From Opitutaceae bacterium (lineage in GTDB: Bacteria; Verrucomicrobiota; Verrucomicrobiia; Opitutales; Coraliomargaritaceae): a DNA stretch of 64,000 nucleotides. This document shows, piece by piece, positions 52,933 through 63,629 of this stretch; the stretch's first letter is position 1, and each line of letters opens with the position of its first letter. The stretch spans positions 384,001 through 448,000 of the forward strand of contig JBPOFY010000003.1 in the NCBI GenBank assembly GCA_051252375.1. Direction: 5' to 3'. The notes beneath the pieces are model-generated. The model worked only from the letters and a program-made list of their open reading frames with translations, made no database searches and was not told the origin of the DNA. The position numbers and the translations under genes were made by a program.

Positions 52933-52938
52933 TTACTC
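52874..52938 (+). other. attC-like recombination site
   Basis: GTCGAAC-CAATC-GGAGTGAG-CA-ACGGCTAAGC-TAC-GCTTAGCCGT-C-CTCATAC-TCACC-GTT matches the R''/5 nt/L''(8)/hairpin/L'(7)/5 nt/R' layout. Confidence 0.65.
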
Positions 52939-55344
52939 CGAAGGAATGAGTCCTTGGAAGAGACTGCTGCTGACGTAGATCTTGTAGTCTTTGATTTTGC
53001 CTGGGTTGGCTCCGTTGCGGGGGAGATAGCGTAAGGTGCGGAATTTCTGAACCTTGCCTAGATCGATGACGATTTGGTGTGGGTGAGGGGAGTTCGCGCC
53101 CTTGCCGGTGTATTGCGTGTGCCAGAAGGTGACGGGTTGGTTGTCCATGACGTTGCTGGCTGATGTGGGCTCGGCAATAATCTCTTCGCTGTCGGCATAG
53201 ATGACCTGCCAGTTGTCGCGGTCTAGCCAGTTGTCCTTGTCGTCGATCAAGTGGATTTCGGCAATCGTGGCGTGCTTATCGTTGGAGTGTGAACTGAGCG
53301 CTTCGATACAGACGTAGCGTGCTTCGATGGTTTGACCGAAGTCGACGAGTTGCGCGTCGTCGCCATTCTGGAATTTGCCGTGGGCGATGGCCTTTTGGTT
53401 GGCGAGCTGGATGGTTTCACCTTCCTTGCGGTTGTAGCTGAGGTTGGGGTCGACTTGTAATCCGTAGATCATTTCGGTCACGCCTTTGATGCTGTGGTGC
53501 CCGGTCGGCTCGATATCCATGACGATGACTTCGTTGGCACCTTCTTTCATCCAGCAGCCTGGCATGTAGAGTGTGTATTGAGGGCCGATCGCCCAAAAGC
53601 GACCTAAGTTGATGCCGTTGACCCAGACCATGCACTTGCCCCAGCCAGTCATGTCGAGGTAGGTGTCGCCGACGGTATCGACGTTGAACTCGCCGCGATA
53701 AAAGACCGGAAAAGGAGACGCTTCGGCTGGCGCATCGCTAAATTGCAGGCTCGCAATGTCGTCCAATTCCAGCGGGAAGGTGCGGATGTTCCAACCCAGC
53801 ACCGGTTGGTTATTTAATGTGACATCGCCGAGACCTTTGCGATCGGTCATGAGCTCGCGGGCGTAGTTGAGGTGCCCCATGTTTTCGAGCAGGATGTCGA
53901 GTTGCACTTTACCAGCGGGTAGGGCAATCGTTGTGCTGCTTTGTTTGATGCGACGGTCCAATGTGGCGACACGCTCACCGTTGACGATGATGATGGCGCG
54001 GTCCTTAAGAGCGCTGAAAGCGAGCTTATGTTCACCGGATTTTTTAACGGTCAGTTCTGTGCTGTAGATGGCAAGCCCCTGATTTTGGTCGAGCGCTTCC
54101 ATGTGTGGTGGGACCTTGGTAATGAACGGATCCTTTGCCAGTTGTTTGAATGCCGCTGTCTGTGTGAGCGTAAACTCAGGCACTTCTATACGATGGATCT
54201 GTGCAGGAGCTTCCGGCAACTCGTAGTCGGTGGGCAGATACTTTTTGATGGTATCGCGGAAGATGTAGAATTTCTCGGTGATACGGCCGGTTTCATCCAT
54301 TGGGGAGTCGTAGTCGTAGCTGGTGGTGTCTGCGCTGTATTGGCCGGAAGACCAGTTGGCACCAGAGTTGAACCCGAAGTTGGTGCCGCCATGCAGCATG
54401 TAAACGTTGAAGGAAACGCTGTTCTCTAGCATCCAGTCGATCTGCTTAATGAACGGTGCGAGTGCTTTCGTGTGGTGCTTGGAGCCCCAGTGGTCGAACC
54501 AGCCGACCCAGTATTCGCCACACATTCTAGGCATGCCCGGATACTCTTTGTCGAAAAATGCGAAAGCGGAGTCTGCGCCACCACCGAAATTCATCGTGGT
54601 GTAAACGCCGTCGATGTGAGCCGTGCCAATCGTTTTCTTTTTAGGCCAGTCGCAGCGGATGAACATGGTGTCAAATCCGGCATCCACGAGCTGGTCGTAG
54701 ATCGCGCGGTTGTAGGCCATGTCGTCCTTGTTTCCGGGGCGACCGAATTGACCGTATTCGTTTTCTACCTGCACTTGAATGATGGGACCGCCGTGTGTGA
54801 CTTGCAGGTCTTTGAGTTGTTCGCCGACTGCCTTCATGTAGCGCGCAGTGGCTTCGAGGAATTTAGGATCATTGGTGCGCACCTGCATTTCAGGATCCTT
54901 GAGCAACCACGCTGGCATACCACCAAAGTCCCACTCCGAGCAGATGTATGGACCTGGGCGAACGATCACCCACATGCCTTCCTCTTGGCAGACGCGCATG
55001 AATTCGGCGATGTCTAGGTTGCCGGTGAAGTCGAACACGCCGGGTGACTTCTCGTGGGCATTCCAAAAAATGTAGGTGCCGATACAATTGAAGCCCATCG
55101 CTTTGGCTTTGCGGATACGGTCGCGCCAGTATGCACGGGGCACGCGGGGGTAGTGGACGGAGCCGGAAATAATGACTGCGGGCTGATCATCAAAAGTGAA
55201 GTGTCCTCCGGATTCGCCAAAGACGGGCTGCTTTTCGCCTACTGGATTCGGTCTTGGTGGCATCGGTAGAGTTTTGCCCACGGCAGCATGCACGCTGCAG
55301 AGTAATGTAACTAAGAGGGTCACTGTTTTTAGTTTTTGGAGCAT
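52933..55344 (-). CDS. GH35 beta-galactosidase with C-terminal F5/8-type C (CBM32-like) domain
   Basis: SGSVHYPRVP, RPGPYICSEWDFGG, QVENEYG, GEYWVGWFDHW, YMLHGGTNFG, TSYDYDSP; C-terminal FWHT...IVIDLG...YLPR. Confidence 0.93.
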   Translation of the reverse strand: MLQKLKTVTLLVTLLCSVHAAVGKTLPMPPRPNPVGEKQPVFGESGGHFTFDDQPAVIISGSVHYPRVPRAYWRDRIRKAKAMGFNCIGTYIFWNAHEKSPGVFDFTGNLDIAEFMRVCQEEGMWVIVRPGPYICSEWDFGGMPAWLLKDPEMQVRTNDPKFLEATARYMKAVGEQLKDLQVTHGGPIIQVQVENEYGQFGRPGNKDDMAYNRAIYDQLVDAGFDTMFIRCDWPKKKTIGTAHIDGVYTTMNFGGGADSAFAFFDKEYPGMPRMCGEYWVGWFDHWGSKHHTKALAPFIKQIDWMLENSVSFNVYMLHGGTNFGFNSGANWSSGQYSADTTSYDYDSPMDETGRITEKFYIFRDTIKKYLPTDYELPEAPAQIHRIEVPEFTLTQTAAFKQLAKDPFITKVPPHMEALDQNQGLAIYSTELTVKKSGEHKLAFSALKDRAIIIVNGERVATLDRRIKQSSTTIALPAGKVQLDILLENMGHLNYARELMTDRKGLGDVTLNNQPVLGWNIRTFPLELDDIASLQFSDAPAEASPFPVFYRGEFNVDTVGDTYLDMTGWGKCMVWVNGINLGRFWAIGPQYTLYMPGCWMKEGANEVIVMDIEPTGHHSIKGVTEMIYGLQVDPNLSYNRKEGETIQLANQKAIAHGKFQNGDDAQLVDFGQTIEARYVCIEALSSHSNDKHATIAEIHLIDDKDNWLDRDNWQVIYADSEEIIAEPTSASNVMDNQPVTFWHTQYTGKGANSPHPHQIVIDLGKVQKFRTLRYLPRNGANPGKIKDYKIYVSSSLFQGLIPSE

Positions 55345-55352
55345 AATAAATT

Positions 55353-57341
55353 TTAGTTTTGAGGTTCCCATTTTAAATCACGAAAGACGTCGCGGGCGAG
55401 TTTGGGTTGTCCAAGCTCATTGTAAAGTCCCATGCGGGACCAGCCATTAGAGTGTTCGTTGCCTGTATAAGTTTTGCGCGAGCGATAGTCGAGCAAGAGC
55501 CAGATTGTATAGCCCGATAATGGTGGCATGTGCTGAGTGAGCACTTCGTGTTGTCGGCGGAGTAAGTCGGCATGCCAATCTTCTGTGCTTACCTTATCTT
55601 TTGGACCGCGCCAGCCGTGGTAGGACCACGCACCGTTCTCCATAATGATGAGCGGTTTGTTCGGGTTTTGCTCAGTGGCTTCGCGCATGTCTGGGTCGAG
55701 GTCTTCGAACGGGTCCATCGCGCCGCGATATTCGTTGAAGCCGACCGCATCGGCATATTCAAATTTTGGCTGACCTTTTGTCGGGTGCCACGCCGCCCAA
55801 GTGATGGGGCGCTTTTGCCAGTCGAGCTGTTTGGCGATCGCGTTTCCGGCTTTGAGGAAATCTTCATATTCTGGGCAAAATTGGTGCGCTTCGTTATGTG
55901 TGCCCCAGAGCACGACAGACGGGTGGTTCATGAGGTCCCACACTGCGCAACGTTCGAGTGAATGATAGATCGATCGATCGTCCTGGCTTTGAGCGCGCAT
56001 GGACTTTTCATTATACCAGAAGCCGCCCCATTCTCCGCAAATAAGGACGCCGAGTTTGTCCGCCAGTTCATAGACGTAGGGAGCGCGCTGCCGGACATGC
56101 AGGCGGATGAAGTTGGCGTCGGCCTCTTTACTCAGGCGAAAGTAATCTTCGTGATCTTTTTCGGTGAGTGCATGACCGCGTTCCGGATGCTCTTCGTAGA
56201 AGGAGACGCCCTTAAGGAATATCGGCTTACCGTTTAGTTCGAAGCTCGCGCCTTTGGTTTCAAATGTGCGTATGCCGAATCGAGTTTGTAGGCTATCTAT
56301 TTGGCGCGTGCCTTCTTTGAGGGTGCTGCTCAGTTGTTGAATCGCCGGCGATTCGGTAGACCATTGCTTGGCGTCCTCTTTGATTGGCGCGGTGAAACGA
56401 AGCACGCGCTTTTGGTTTGGCTCAAGGCGAACCGTTTGCGGGGTAGGGGATGTGCCGATCGCGGCTGATGCGATACTGACTTCTACCGTGCGAACCGAAG
56501 TATTATAATTCTCAATACAGACGGCAGCTTCGAGGCGACCTTCAATCGTGCGTATCTGAGTCTTACGAATGTTGACTGCGTTCTCAGAAACTAGAGTGAC
56601 TGAACGGCTGATGCCGGCATACGGCCAGTTGTCCGGTGCTTTAGGGTGCTGGGTATGCACGGGTCTAAGCTCATCGAATCCCTTGCCGTCTTTTTTCGCG
56701 GTGTAATTGGTGAGCCGGATGACTTGCACGGCTAGGGTATTGTTGCCCGAGCGAATTGATTTTGTGATATTGACGGAGAACGGTTGTCCGCCGCCCTCAT
56801 GTTTAGCCAAGAGTTCGCCATTGAGAAAGACACGGGCACGTTGCTGCACACCTAAAAACTCGAGGCGATATTGGCGACCTGTTTCAGGACGCAGTGTGAA
56901 ATCTTTCCGATACCATGCCGCACCGTCGTAATGAGGAGGGTTGGTGACGCTTCGATCGCTCCAGTCCCAGAAACGCCCGCCTGGCATCATGTCCCAGCAA
57001 TGCGGCACTGTGACGGCAGTCCAATCGTCGATATTCCTTGTGGAATGCCATTCTTCAGCCATGCCTCGGGCCTCGGGATCGAAGCTGAATTTCCATGCGC
57101 CATCCAGTGAGGTGCGCATTCGATCAGAGCCGTTGGCGCGGTCATTAAAGTCGGGACGAATTTCGCCGTATTGCAACACCACGGGAAAGTCATCGATTAC
57201 GGCGGTCTCGATTTGCATGGCATGTGCAAAGTCTGGCGCATCGGCCATATCGTCCGCATGGACATATCCTGCTATCAACGTCGCGCAGATGAGTGCACGA
57301 CCGGCATAGGTAAATGGAGTGAAAGTTTTTGAAAAATTCAT
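55353..57341 (-). CDS. GH2 glycosidase (beta-glucuronidase-like architecture)
   Basis: VPHCW, AWYRKDF, FGIR, NGKPIFLKGV, NHPSVVLWGTHNE, MENGA. Start MNFSKT (57341). Confidence 0.85.
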   Translation of the reverse strand: MNFSKTFTPFTYAGRALICATLIAGYVHADDMADAPDFAHAMQIETAVIDDFPVVLQYGEIRPDFNDRANGSDRMRTSLDGAWKFSFDPEARGMAEEWHSTRNIDDWTAVTVPHCWDMMPGGRFWDWSDRSVTNPPHYDGAAWYRKDFTLRPETGRQYRLEFLGVQQRARVFLNGELLAKHEGGGQPFSVNITKSIRSGNNTLAVQVIRLTNYTAKKDGKGFDELRPVHTQHPKAPDNWPYAGISRSVTLVSENAVNIRKTQIRTIEGRLEAAVCIENYNTSVRTVEVSIASAAIGTSPTPQTVRLEPNQKRVLRFTAPIKEDAKQWSTESPAIQQLSSTLKEGTRQIDSLQTRFGIRTFETKGASFELNGKPIFLKGVSFYEEHPERGHALTEKDHEDYFRLSKEADANFIRLHVRQRAPYVYELADKLGVLICGEWGGFWYNEKSMRAQSQDDRSIYHSLERCAVWDLMNHPSVVLWGTHNEAHQFCPEYEDFLKAGNAIAKQLDWQKRPITWAAWHPTKGQPKFEYADAVGFNEYRGAMDPFEDLDPDMREATEQNPNKPLIIMENGAWSYHGWRGPKDKVSTEDWHADLLRRQHEVLTQHMPPLSGYTIWLLLDYRSRKTYTGNEHSNGWSRMGLYNELGQPKLARDVFRDLKWEPQN

Positions 57342-57571
57342 TTTCGAATCGATGAGGCGCTTACATGGTCGAACAATAACTTGCACTGAATCTATACAGT
57401 AAATCGATCTATTGTTGGTATTATTCCTAGTATAGATACTTATTTAGAAATGTAGTCCCTTATTTACGTGGTAAGGTCCTTTTTATTTGGTGATATACTT
57501 CACTTGTTTGCTGACTTGTGATTAGGCGACCTCTCACTCTTATATCTCGTTTTAACATTTATTTTCTACCC

Positions 57572-59089
57572 ATGAGAACTTTACTTATCCTGATTCTGTT
57601 AACGGCACCTTTCGTGACGTCCTTGCACGCGTCCCTGCAGTTGGCATCTCCATTTACAGATCACATGGTGTTGCAGCGCGATCAAGCTGTGCCCGTCTGG
57701 GGCTGGTGTGATACTGGCGAGAAGGTGGAAGTTCGCTTTGGCGATCAAGTTGTCAAAACGATCGGTGAAGCTGATGGTCAGTGGCGAGTCGATCTCAAGC
57801 CACTTAAGGCATCCTTCGATTCAGAAGTGCTCACTGTTTCAACCGCTTCAGGTGAGCGCGTTGAATTGCAGGACGTTGTGGTGGGCGAGGTGTGGATTTG
57901 TTCAGGGCAGTCTAACATGCAGTTTGCCGTGAATTCTGTTCCCGAGATCAAGGCATTGATCCCCACCGCTAAAAACATTCGCACCTTTGAAGTGAAGCGT
58001 ATGGTCGCTTTCGATGAGCAAGCGCGCTGCGAGGGGGCTTGGAAAACCTCGATTCCTTCTAGTGCGGTGGCGTTCTCTTTTGCCTACATGCTCGAAGCGA
58101 AGGCGGACGTGCCAGTGGGGATTATTCTTACTTCTTGGGGGAGCTCCTCTCTGGAGGCGTGGATGCCGCGCGATATGGTTGAAACCGTCCCGCACTTTAA
58201 AACGATCATGGATGAGTTTGATGCTGACCAGGAGACGCGTTCTAAAATTGAATCCATTTTGAATGGACGGCAGCCATGGAGTCGGTCGGATGATGTCTTC
58301 CTGCGCCGTCAAACCAATATACTCTATAACGCGATGATGCACCCTTTGGCACCTTTTGCGTGTCGCGGTCTTGTCTGGTATCAGGGGGAGCGCAACACGC
58401 AGTCCATGCATGGTCTGGTGGACGCCCCGTTTTATTCCCGCAACAATTCGGGGATGTTGAAGTATGGTGATACTTTGAAGCAGTGGATTTTGCGCTATCG
58501 CCAAGAGTGGGAGAATGATGCGATGCACTTCCTAGTAGTGATGCTGCCGGGCTACGGTAAGTCGATCAACGGTGGTCCGTCGAGTGAGCCGGATAGCCCG
58601 GTTGCGCATTCATGGGCGTGGATACGGGAGTCTCAACTCAAGGCTTTGGATTTAGACCATGTCGGTGTTTCTAATAGTATTGATTTGGGGGATGTTAAGA
58701 ATGTGCATCCAAAGGATAAATTGCCGATTGGTGAGCGCTTAGCTTTGCTGGCTGCTCGCGACACGCTAGGACAGGCAATCGTAGCAGAAGGACCCGCGAT
58801 GTCGGAGGTGGTGAAGACCAACGATTCGTTGATCGTTCATTTTGAGAATGCTGCTGGTCTGTCGACAAGCGATGGTGCGATGCCTTCTGGATTTTGGGTC
58901 TCCGGTAAATCTGGGAAATGGGTGCGAGCTACGGCCAAGATTGACGGCGGAACTGTTGTCCTTCGATCCGAAGAGATCAAAGAGCCGCTCTATGTTCGAT
59001 ATGCTTTTGCCGGATATCCAAAGGTTAATCTGGTGAATGGAGCCGGACTTCCAGCGTATCCATTTCGCACGGATTCTTTTGCTCCGTAG
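57572..59089 (+). CDS. Sialate O-acetylesterase (SASA) family esterase
   Basis: FTDHMVLQR, GEVWICSGQSNM, WYQGE, VHPKDK, GLPAYPFRTD. Start ATG 57572. Confidence 0.9.
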   Translation: MRTLLILILLTAPFVTSLHASLQLASPFTDHMVLQRDQAVPVWGWCDTGEKVEVRFGDQVVKTIGEADGQWRVDLKPLKASFDSEVLTVSTASGERVELQDVVVGEVWICSGQSNMQFAVNSVPEIKALIPTAKNIRTFEVKRMVAFDEQARCEGAWKTSIPSSAVAFSFAYMLEAKADVPVGIILTSWGSSSLEAWMPRDMVETVPHFKTIMDEFDADQETRSKIESILNGRQPWSRSDDVFLRRQTNILYNAMMHPLAPFACRGLVWYQGERNTQSMHGLVDAPFYSRNNSGMLKYGDTLKQWILRYRQEWENDAMHFLVVMLPGYGKSINGGPSSEPDSPVAHSWAWIRESQLKALDLDHVGVSNSIDLGDVKNVHPKDKLPIGERLALLAARDTLGQAIVAEGPAMSEVVKTNDSLIVHFENAAGLSTSDGAMPSGFWVSGKSGKWVRATAKIDGGTVVLRSEEIKEPLYVRYAFAGYPKVNLVNGAGLPAYPFRTDSFAP

Positions 59090-59390
59090 AGGCGTCGCTG
59101 CGGCTCAAGGGCACTGCCGAAGATGCTAAAAATTGCGACACTAAGGGTCGTGTGATTCGTGGATAAGTAGATATTTTTGGATTGGGGTAATTCCCTTATA
59201 GCGCATGAAGCAGGACGGTGTAAGTCGAATTCTGTAAAAAGAGGGTTGCACACATCTATGTGCGTCGTAGATAGTCATCTCTTCCCCCTGTTCCGCTGTG
59301 TTTAGCAGTCATTCATCTACTTTTAAATATATGGAATATTTGGCATTCACTGACCGGTGATTTTTCAGATTATTCCGTTTATCATCTTAA

Positions 59391-62300
59391 ATGATCTCTT
59401 TCAAAAGAAGCATTAGAATTCCTTTACGACAATTTGCACTCGCATTACTGATTGGTCTTTTCTGTGGCATCAGTCCGGTCTCTGCGCAGGTTAAAGAGAC
59501 CTTAGCTGATCAGATTCAGCGAGCGACTACATTGATTCATTCGCGTCAACTTGTTGAAGCGCGGCCATTGTTGCAGAAGCTGAAGAATAATGAGCAGATC
59601 AACAAGGAGATGCATCCGCAGTTGGATTTCTACATAGCGCTCTCCTATATTTTCGAATTCTATGATCGCGACAACAAAGGTGCGCTGGATACAGGGCTGG
59701 AAAATTTTCAAGCATTCCTAAAGGCATATCCGAAGGATTCCATGGCGCCTTTGGCTCGGTATAATGTCGCAGATATTTATGCCATTTCTAAAAAATTCAA
59801 AGAGGCATTGCAGTGGTATATCCCGCTCTATAATAATCCGGTCCCTGGAGTAGAGCGAAAGGAAGTCCTCAAAAAGATCGTTATGATCTATGTCGCCGAG
59901 CAAAAGTGGGAAGCAGGTCTTCCATATTTTGAGGCGAGTGTTCGCACCGCCGAGGATGCGACCGAGCGAACCACTTCTGCGGCCTACTTAATGATCGCAC
60001 TGGCTAAAAAGGGTGATCTAGGGGATTCGCGGCAAATACTTGAGTTCTTTAAGAACCCGGCTCCGGTTTTTTATACACCTCGTTTCAACGCCGCGTTGAT
60101 GGACGTCGGGGATCAATTGAAGGAAGAGGGCGACTTGCCGACAGCTAGTTTGTTTTACCAATTTGTTCGTCCTTATGAGACCTTGGAAATCGGATTGTCG
60201 AACCATGTTCGTAACTTAGAGCGTCGAGTCGCGAACTTGGAAGGCAATACGGTGATGCGTAACTTCTATTTGGATGCGAAGACTGAGTTGGACAACGCCT
60301 TGGCTGATTTGGCTGCAGTGAGAGCCTCTAAGAACTATACGCCACTTCTTCACTGGCGTATCGCGAGTGTTTATATGGACATGGGGCGTGATTGGGAGGC
60401 TTTCTGGCGTTTCCGATTGATGGTCGATAAGTATCCGAAGCATGAATACGCTGAAGATATCTTGTTTTCTGCTTATTCGCTCGGTCGTAAGTTAGATCAA
60501 TTGCCGATCGCTGAAGAGCTTTCTACTAAATATTTCTCCAACGATGACTATAAGAAGTATCGCGGCACAATTGCTGATGAGATGTCGACGATCTATCAAG
60601 AAAGAGAGATGTATGATAAACTGTTCGAGCTCACATACTGGTATGTGGCGCGTGAGGGCGGAGACTCTGCCGCAGCCTTGTTGATGTTTAAACATGGTAT
60701 GGCGCGTCTGATTCGTTTGGAGAATCAGAAGCTAATCGATGACTTTAGTATGTTCCGCAGTAAGCACGGTAAGACAAAGAATGCTGTTGTGATTAATTAT
60801 TTCCTCGGGCTCGGGCACTTGCTTGAGCAGGACAACCAAGAAGCACTGGATCGTTTTGAGGAAGTGATCGCAGATCCGAACCCACGCTTCCGCGCCGACG
60901 CGTCTTTCCGTAAGGCACTGGCTGTTATGGGATTGGATCGCATTGCTGAGGCCCGCGACCTGATTGTCGATTTCATTGATAAGTGGCCGGACAATCCGTT
61001 GCGCGCTCAAGCCGAATTGGTTTTGGGTAACTTGGTAGATATGTTAGGCGATTCCAGTAAGGCGCTGTCGCATTACTACCAGATTGAGCAGCATACCGAT
61101 GACGTGGGTCTTCTCGCTCAAGGAGAATTGAAAATTTCCATTATCTTGGTTGATATGGGCAAGCAGGATTCAGCCATTGAGCGCTTGGAAAAATTCATTA
61201 AGTCATATGGCAATGAGCCTGAAAGCGTGCCAGTCGTGAAGGCATTAGCCAATATATACAATGACATGGGTGAGCCCCGTTTCGCCCTGAATTTGATCAA
61301 AGACACGTTGACTCGTTTCTACACCTTAGCAGAGGTGGATCAAATCGATGGTTTCTTAGTTGAGTATATTAAGAAAGACCGCGAGCTCCGTGAAATGGAA
61401 GTGGTCACGAAGGCATTCTTTAAAGAGGTCGCAGAATCCCCCGAGTTGTTCCGTGAGTTAGTGGAGGATCGTGCGAAACAATACCGCTACTTCAAGGATC
61501 ATCCGTTGGTCGACGGCTTGGTGAAAGAGCGTTTTGTGAAAGACAATGTTTACCGAATGGCGATCACTGATCACTTCGCGATGATTGATAAAATGATTGT
61601 CCCGCCCGAAGGGATGCCACCTGTGCCGAATGCACTGGAGAAGGCATATGAATCGCACCCTGTCAGCGAGATTGATGTATTTGTCGAACTTAAGGACGAA
61701 GTTGACGCGCTCAATAAGCAGATGCCGGAGATACCAGCAGATACTTGGTTGAAGGTAGAACTCAAGAAGGCTAAGTCGGAAGGCAATGTCGCACTTGCGG
61801 TCCGTATTATGGCAGCATTTGCACGTGCGGAAGAGCCAGAAGGTCGTCCAGATATGACCACCATTCTGATACGTGAGAATGCTGAAGTGTGGGCAACCTT
61901 AGGTGTTGCTAGTAAGCTTTGGATCCTCGGAGAGATCGGCAGGATCAACCCCATCGAAGTCAGTGTTGTCCTTGAAGAGAATCGCTTGGAATACATGAAC
62001 ACCAGCGTCGAGTTGGAGATGTTGGAGTTGCATGCTAAGTGCTACCAGAAAATTGATTCGATTGATCAATCGATAGAGAAGTATAAAACTTTAATTAAGC
62101 GCTTCCCGACATCTCGTAACTCAGGTCTAGCAGCCCTCGAGATTGGTAAGATGGAAATCGGGCGTAAGCATTTTGATGAAGCTCGTGAGATTTTGGAGTC
62201 GTTGTTGCATCGCAATGAATGGCGGGGTCAAATGCATGGTGATGCCTTACTTTGGATTGGTCGTGCATATGTAGAGGAAGGCAAACTGCCCGAGGCGCAC

Positions 62301-62495
62301 GGTTTCTTTGAGCGCATCATGCTCGGTTACCCCGGATTTCAAGAACTATTGGCTCAAGGCTATTATGAGGACATGAAGGTGCTAAAGGCGATGGGTGAAC
62401 CCGAGAGCGTGAAGACCGTGTATGAAGCTTTTATGATAACTCCTGGTCTAGAAGACACTGCAGCAGCTGAACTTATCAGAAAGGAATTCGAATGA
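59391..62495 (+). CDS. Giant secreted TPR protein, paralogue of 44144-47242
   Basis: Signal peptide; YPKDSMAPLARY, WPDNPLRAQAELVLG, EWRG...AHGFFER. Confidence 0.85.
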   Translation: MISFKRSIRIPLRQFALALLIGLFCGISPVSAQVKETLADQIQRATTLIHSRQLVEARPLLQKLKNNEQINKEMHPQLDFYIALSYIFEFYDRDNKGALDTGLENFQAFLKAYPKDSMAPLARYNVADIYAISKKFKEALQWYIPLYNNPVPGVERKEVLKKIVMIYVAEQKWEAGLPYFEASVRTAEDATERTTSAAYLMIALAKKGDLGDSRQILEFFKNPAPVFYTPRFNAALMDVGDQLKEEGDLPTASLFYQFVRPYETLEIGLSNHVRNLERRVANLEGNTVMRNFYLDAKTELDNALADLAAVRASKNYTPLLHWRIASVYMDMGRDWEAFWRFRLMVDKYPKHEYAEDILFSAYSLGRKLDQLPIAEELSTKYFSNDDYKKYRGTIADEMSTIYQEREMYDKLFELTYWYVAREGGDSAAALLMFKHGMARLIRLENQKLIDDFSMFRSKHGKTKNAVVINYFLGLGHLLEQDNQEALDRFEEVIADPNPRFRADASFRKALAVMGLDRIAEARDLIVDFIDKWPDNPLRAQAELVLGNLVDMLGDSSKALSHYYQIEQHTDDVGLLAQGELKISIILVDMGKQDSAIERLEKFIKSYGNEPESVPVVKALANIYNDMGEPRFALNLIKDTLTRFYTLAEVDQIDGFLVEYIKKDRELREMEVVTKAFFKEVAESPELFRELVEDRAKQYRYFKDHPLVDGLVKERFVKDNVYRMAITDHFAMIDKMIVPPEGMPPVPNALEKAYESHPVSEIDVFVELKDEVDALNKQMPEIPADTWLKVELKKAKSEGNVALAVRIMAAFARAEEPEGRPDMTTILIRENAEVWATLGVASKLWILGEIGRINPIEVSVVLEENRLEYMNTSVELEMLELHAKCYQKIDSIDQSIEKYKTLIKRFPTSRNSGLAALEIGKMEIGRKHFDEAREILESLLHRNEWRGQMHGDALLWIGRAYVEEGKLPEAHGFFERIMLGYPGFQELLAQGYYEDMKVLKAMGEPESVKTVYEAFMITPGLEDTAAAELIRKEFE

Positions 62496-63616
62496 TCTCT
62501 ATTCCATGTAAAATCTCCGGTCTTCTAGGGAAGACACTCAAGTTAGGCTTTGTGGCGCTAACAGCCTCTTCATCACTTCTTGGGCAAGCGGGTTCGAGTT
62601 ATAAGTCGCCCGACTTTTCGAACCTTGAACCGATTCAATTAGAGATCGTCCAAGAAAGCGGTCCGCTCGGCGCGCGTTTCGTTCACCCGACAAGTGAGGG
62701 TGTTGAGATCGAAATGGTCGATGGTCATGGTATGATTATCGTGGGTTGGGATCATATGGAGCAATTCCAGATCAACAAGCCCATGACTGAATCGCTCAAC
62801 ATTGCGCTAGCTCAGCAGGATCCGAAGTTGAAGGCAGAGCAGTTGAAAGCCGAAGTGGTGCCACTGTTTCCATTGGCGAGTATCAAACCAGGTTCGACGA
62901 ATATTCACCTGTTGATTGATGCCTATCTGAAAGCGATCATTGAAGCAGAACGCTGGGAAGAGGGTTATGAGGCTTCTCAAATTACGGCACTGAATCGCAG
63001 TCCTGCATCGACGGTTCTGTATTTCTACTCCATTGCGGAGAATCTCTTTGTCACTGGAAGGCAAGAAAAGGGGTTGAAGTTGTTGGACCAATTGGTGGCA
63101 TCGCGTCCCCTTGAAGAATCCAGAGAGCAGACTTTGAAAGTCGCTAATCGTTTGGCAGATTCACGCTTATTTGAGCCTGCATTTAGATTGTTTAAACCGA
63201 TTGCTGCTCAAACAAAAGGTTTGGACGGTAAACTGGCTATCTTACGTGCTGCTTATCTTTGTCTAGAACTCGGCGATGACCAAGGAGCCGGAGATTATTT
63301 ATTTCGTGCCAAGGAGATACCCGAAGAGAGCGTTGAAAGTGAAGGCAGTTATTATTTAGTTGTTGGCGTGCGTGCTTTTCTCAATGGCGACGCCAGTCTA
63401 GCGCTCAATCATTTAGGGCATGCCATGTCATTAGTAGAAGCGGATAGTAGCTTGAAACTGGTCGGTCTCTACTTCACCTTCCTTGCTTATGAAAATCAGG
63501 AGCAAGCAGATATTTCAGTTAATATTTTAGATGAAATGAAGCTGCTATTCCCTGATGCCAGCTATACAAACGCTTTAGATAAAGAAACTTCAACCACTTC
63601 ACAGTCAGAGAACTAA
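62492..63616 (+). CDS. Secreted TPR-like protein, paralogue of 43033-44157
   Basis: ATGA overlap with the upstream gene; signal peptide; C-terminal LLFPDASYT. Confidence 0.75.
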   Translation: MISIPCKISGLLGKTLKLGFVALTASSSLLGQAGSSYKSPDFSNLEPIQLEIVQESGPLGARFVHPTSEGVEIEMVDGHGMIIVGWDHMEQFQINKPMTESLNIALAQQDPKLKAEQLKAEVVPLFPLASIKPGSTNIHLLIDAYLKAIIEAERWEEGYEASQITALNRSPASTVLYFYSIAENLFVTGRQEKGLKLLDQLVASRPLEESREQTLKVANRLADSRLFEPAFRLFKPIAAQTKGLDGKLAILRAAYLCLELGDDQGAGDYLFRAKEIPEESVESEGSYYLVVGVRAFLNGDASLALNHLGHAMSLVEADSSLKLVGLYFTFLAYENQEQADISVNILDEMKLLFPDASYTNALDKETSTTSQSEN

Positions 63617-63629
63617 ACCATAATAACTC

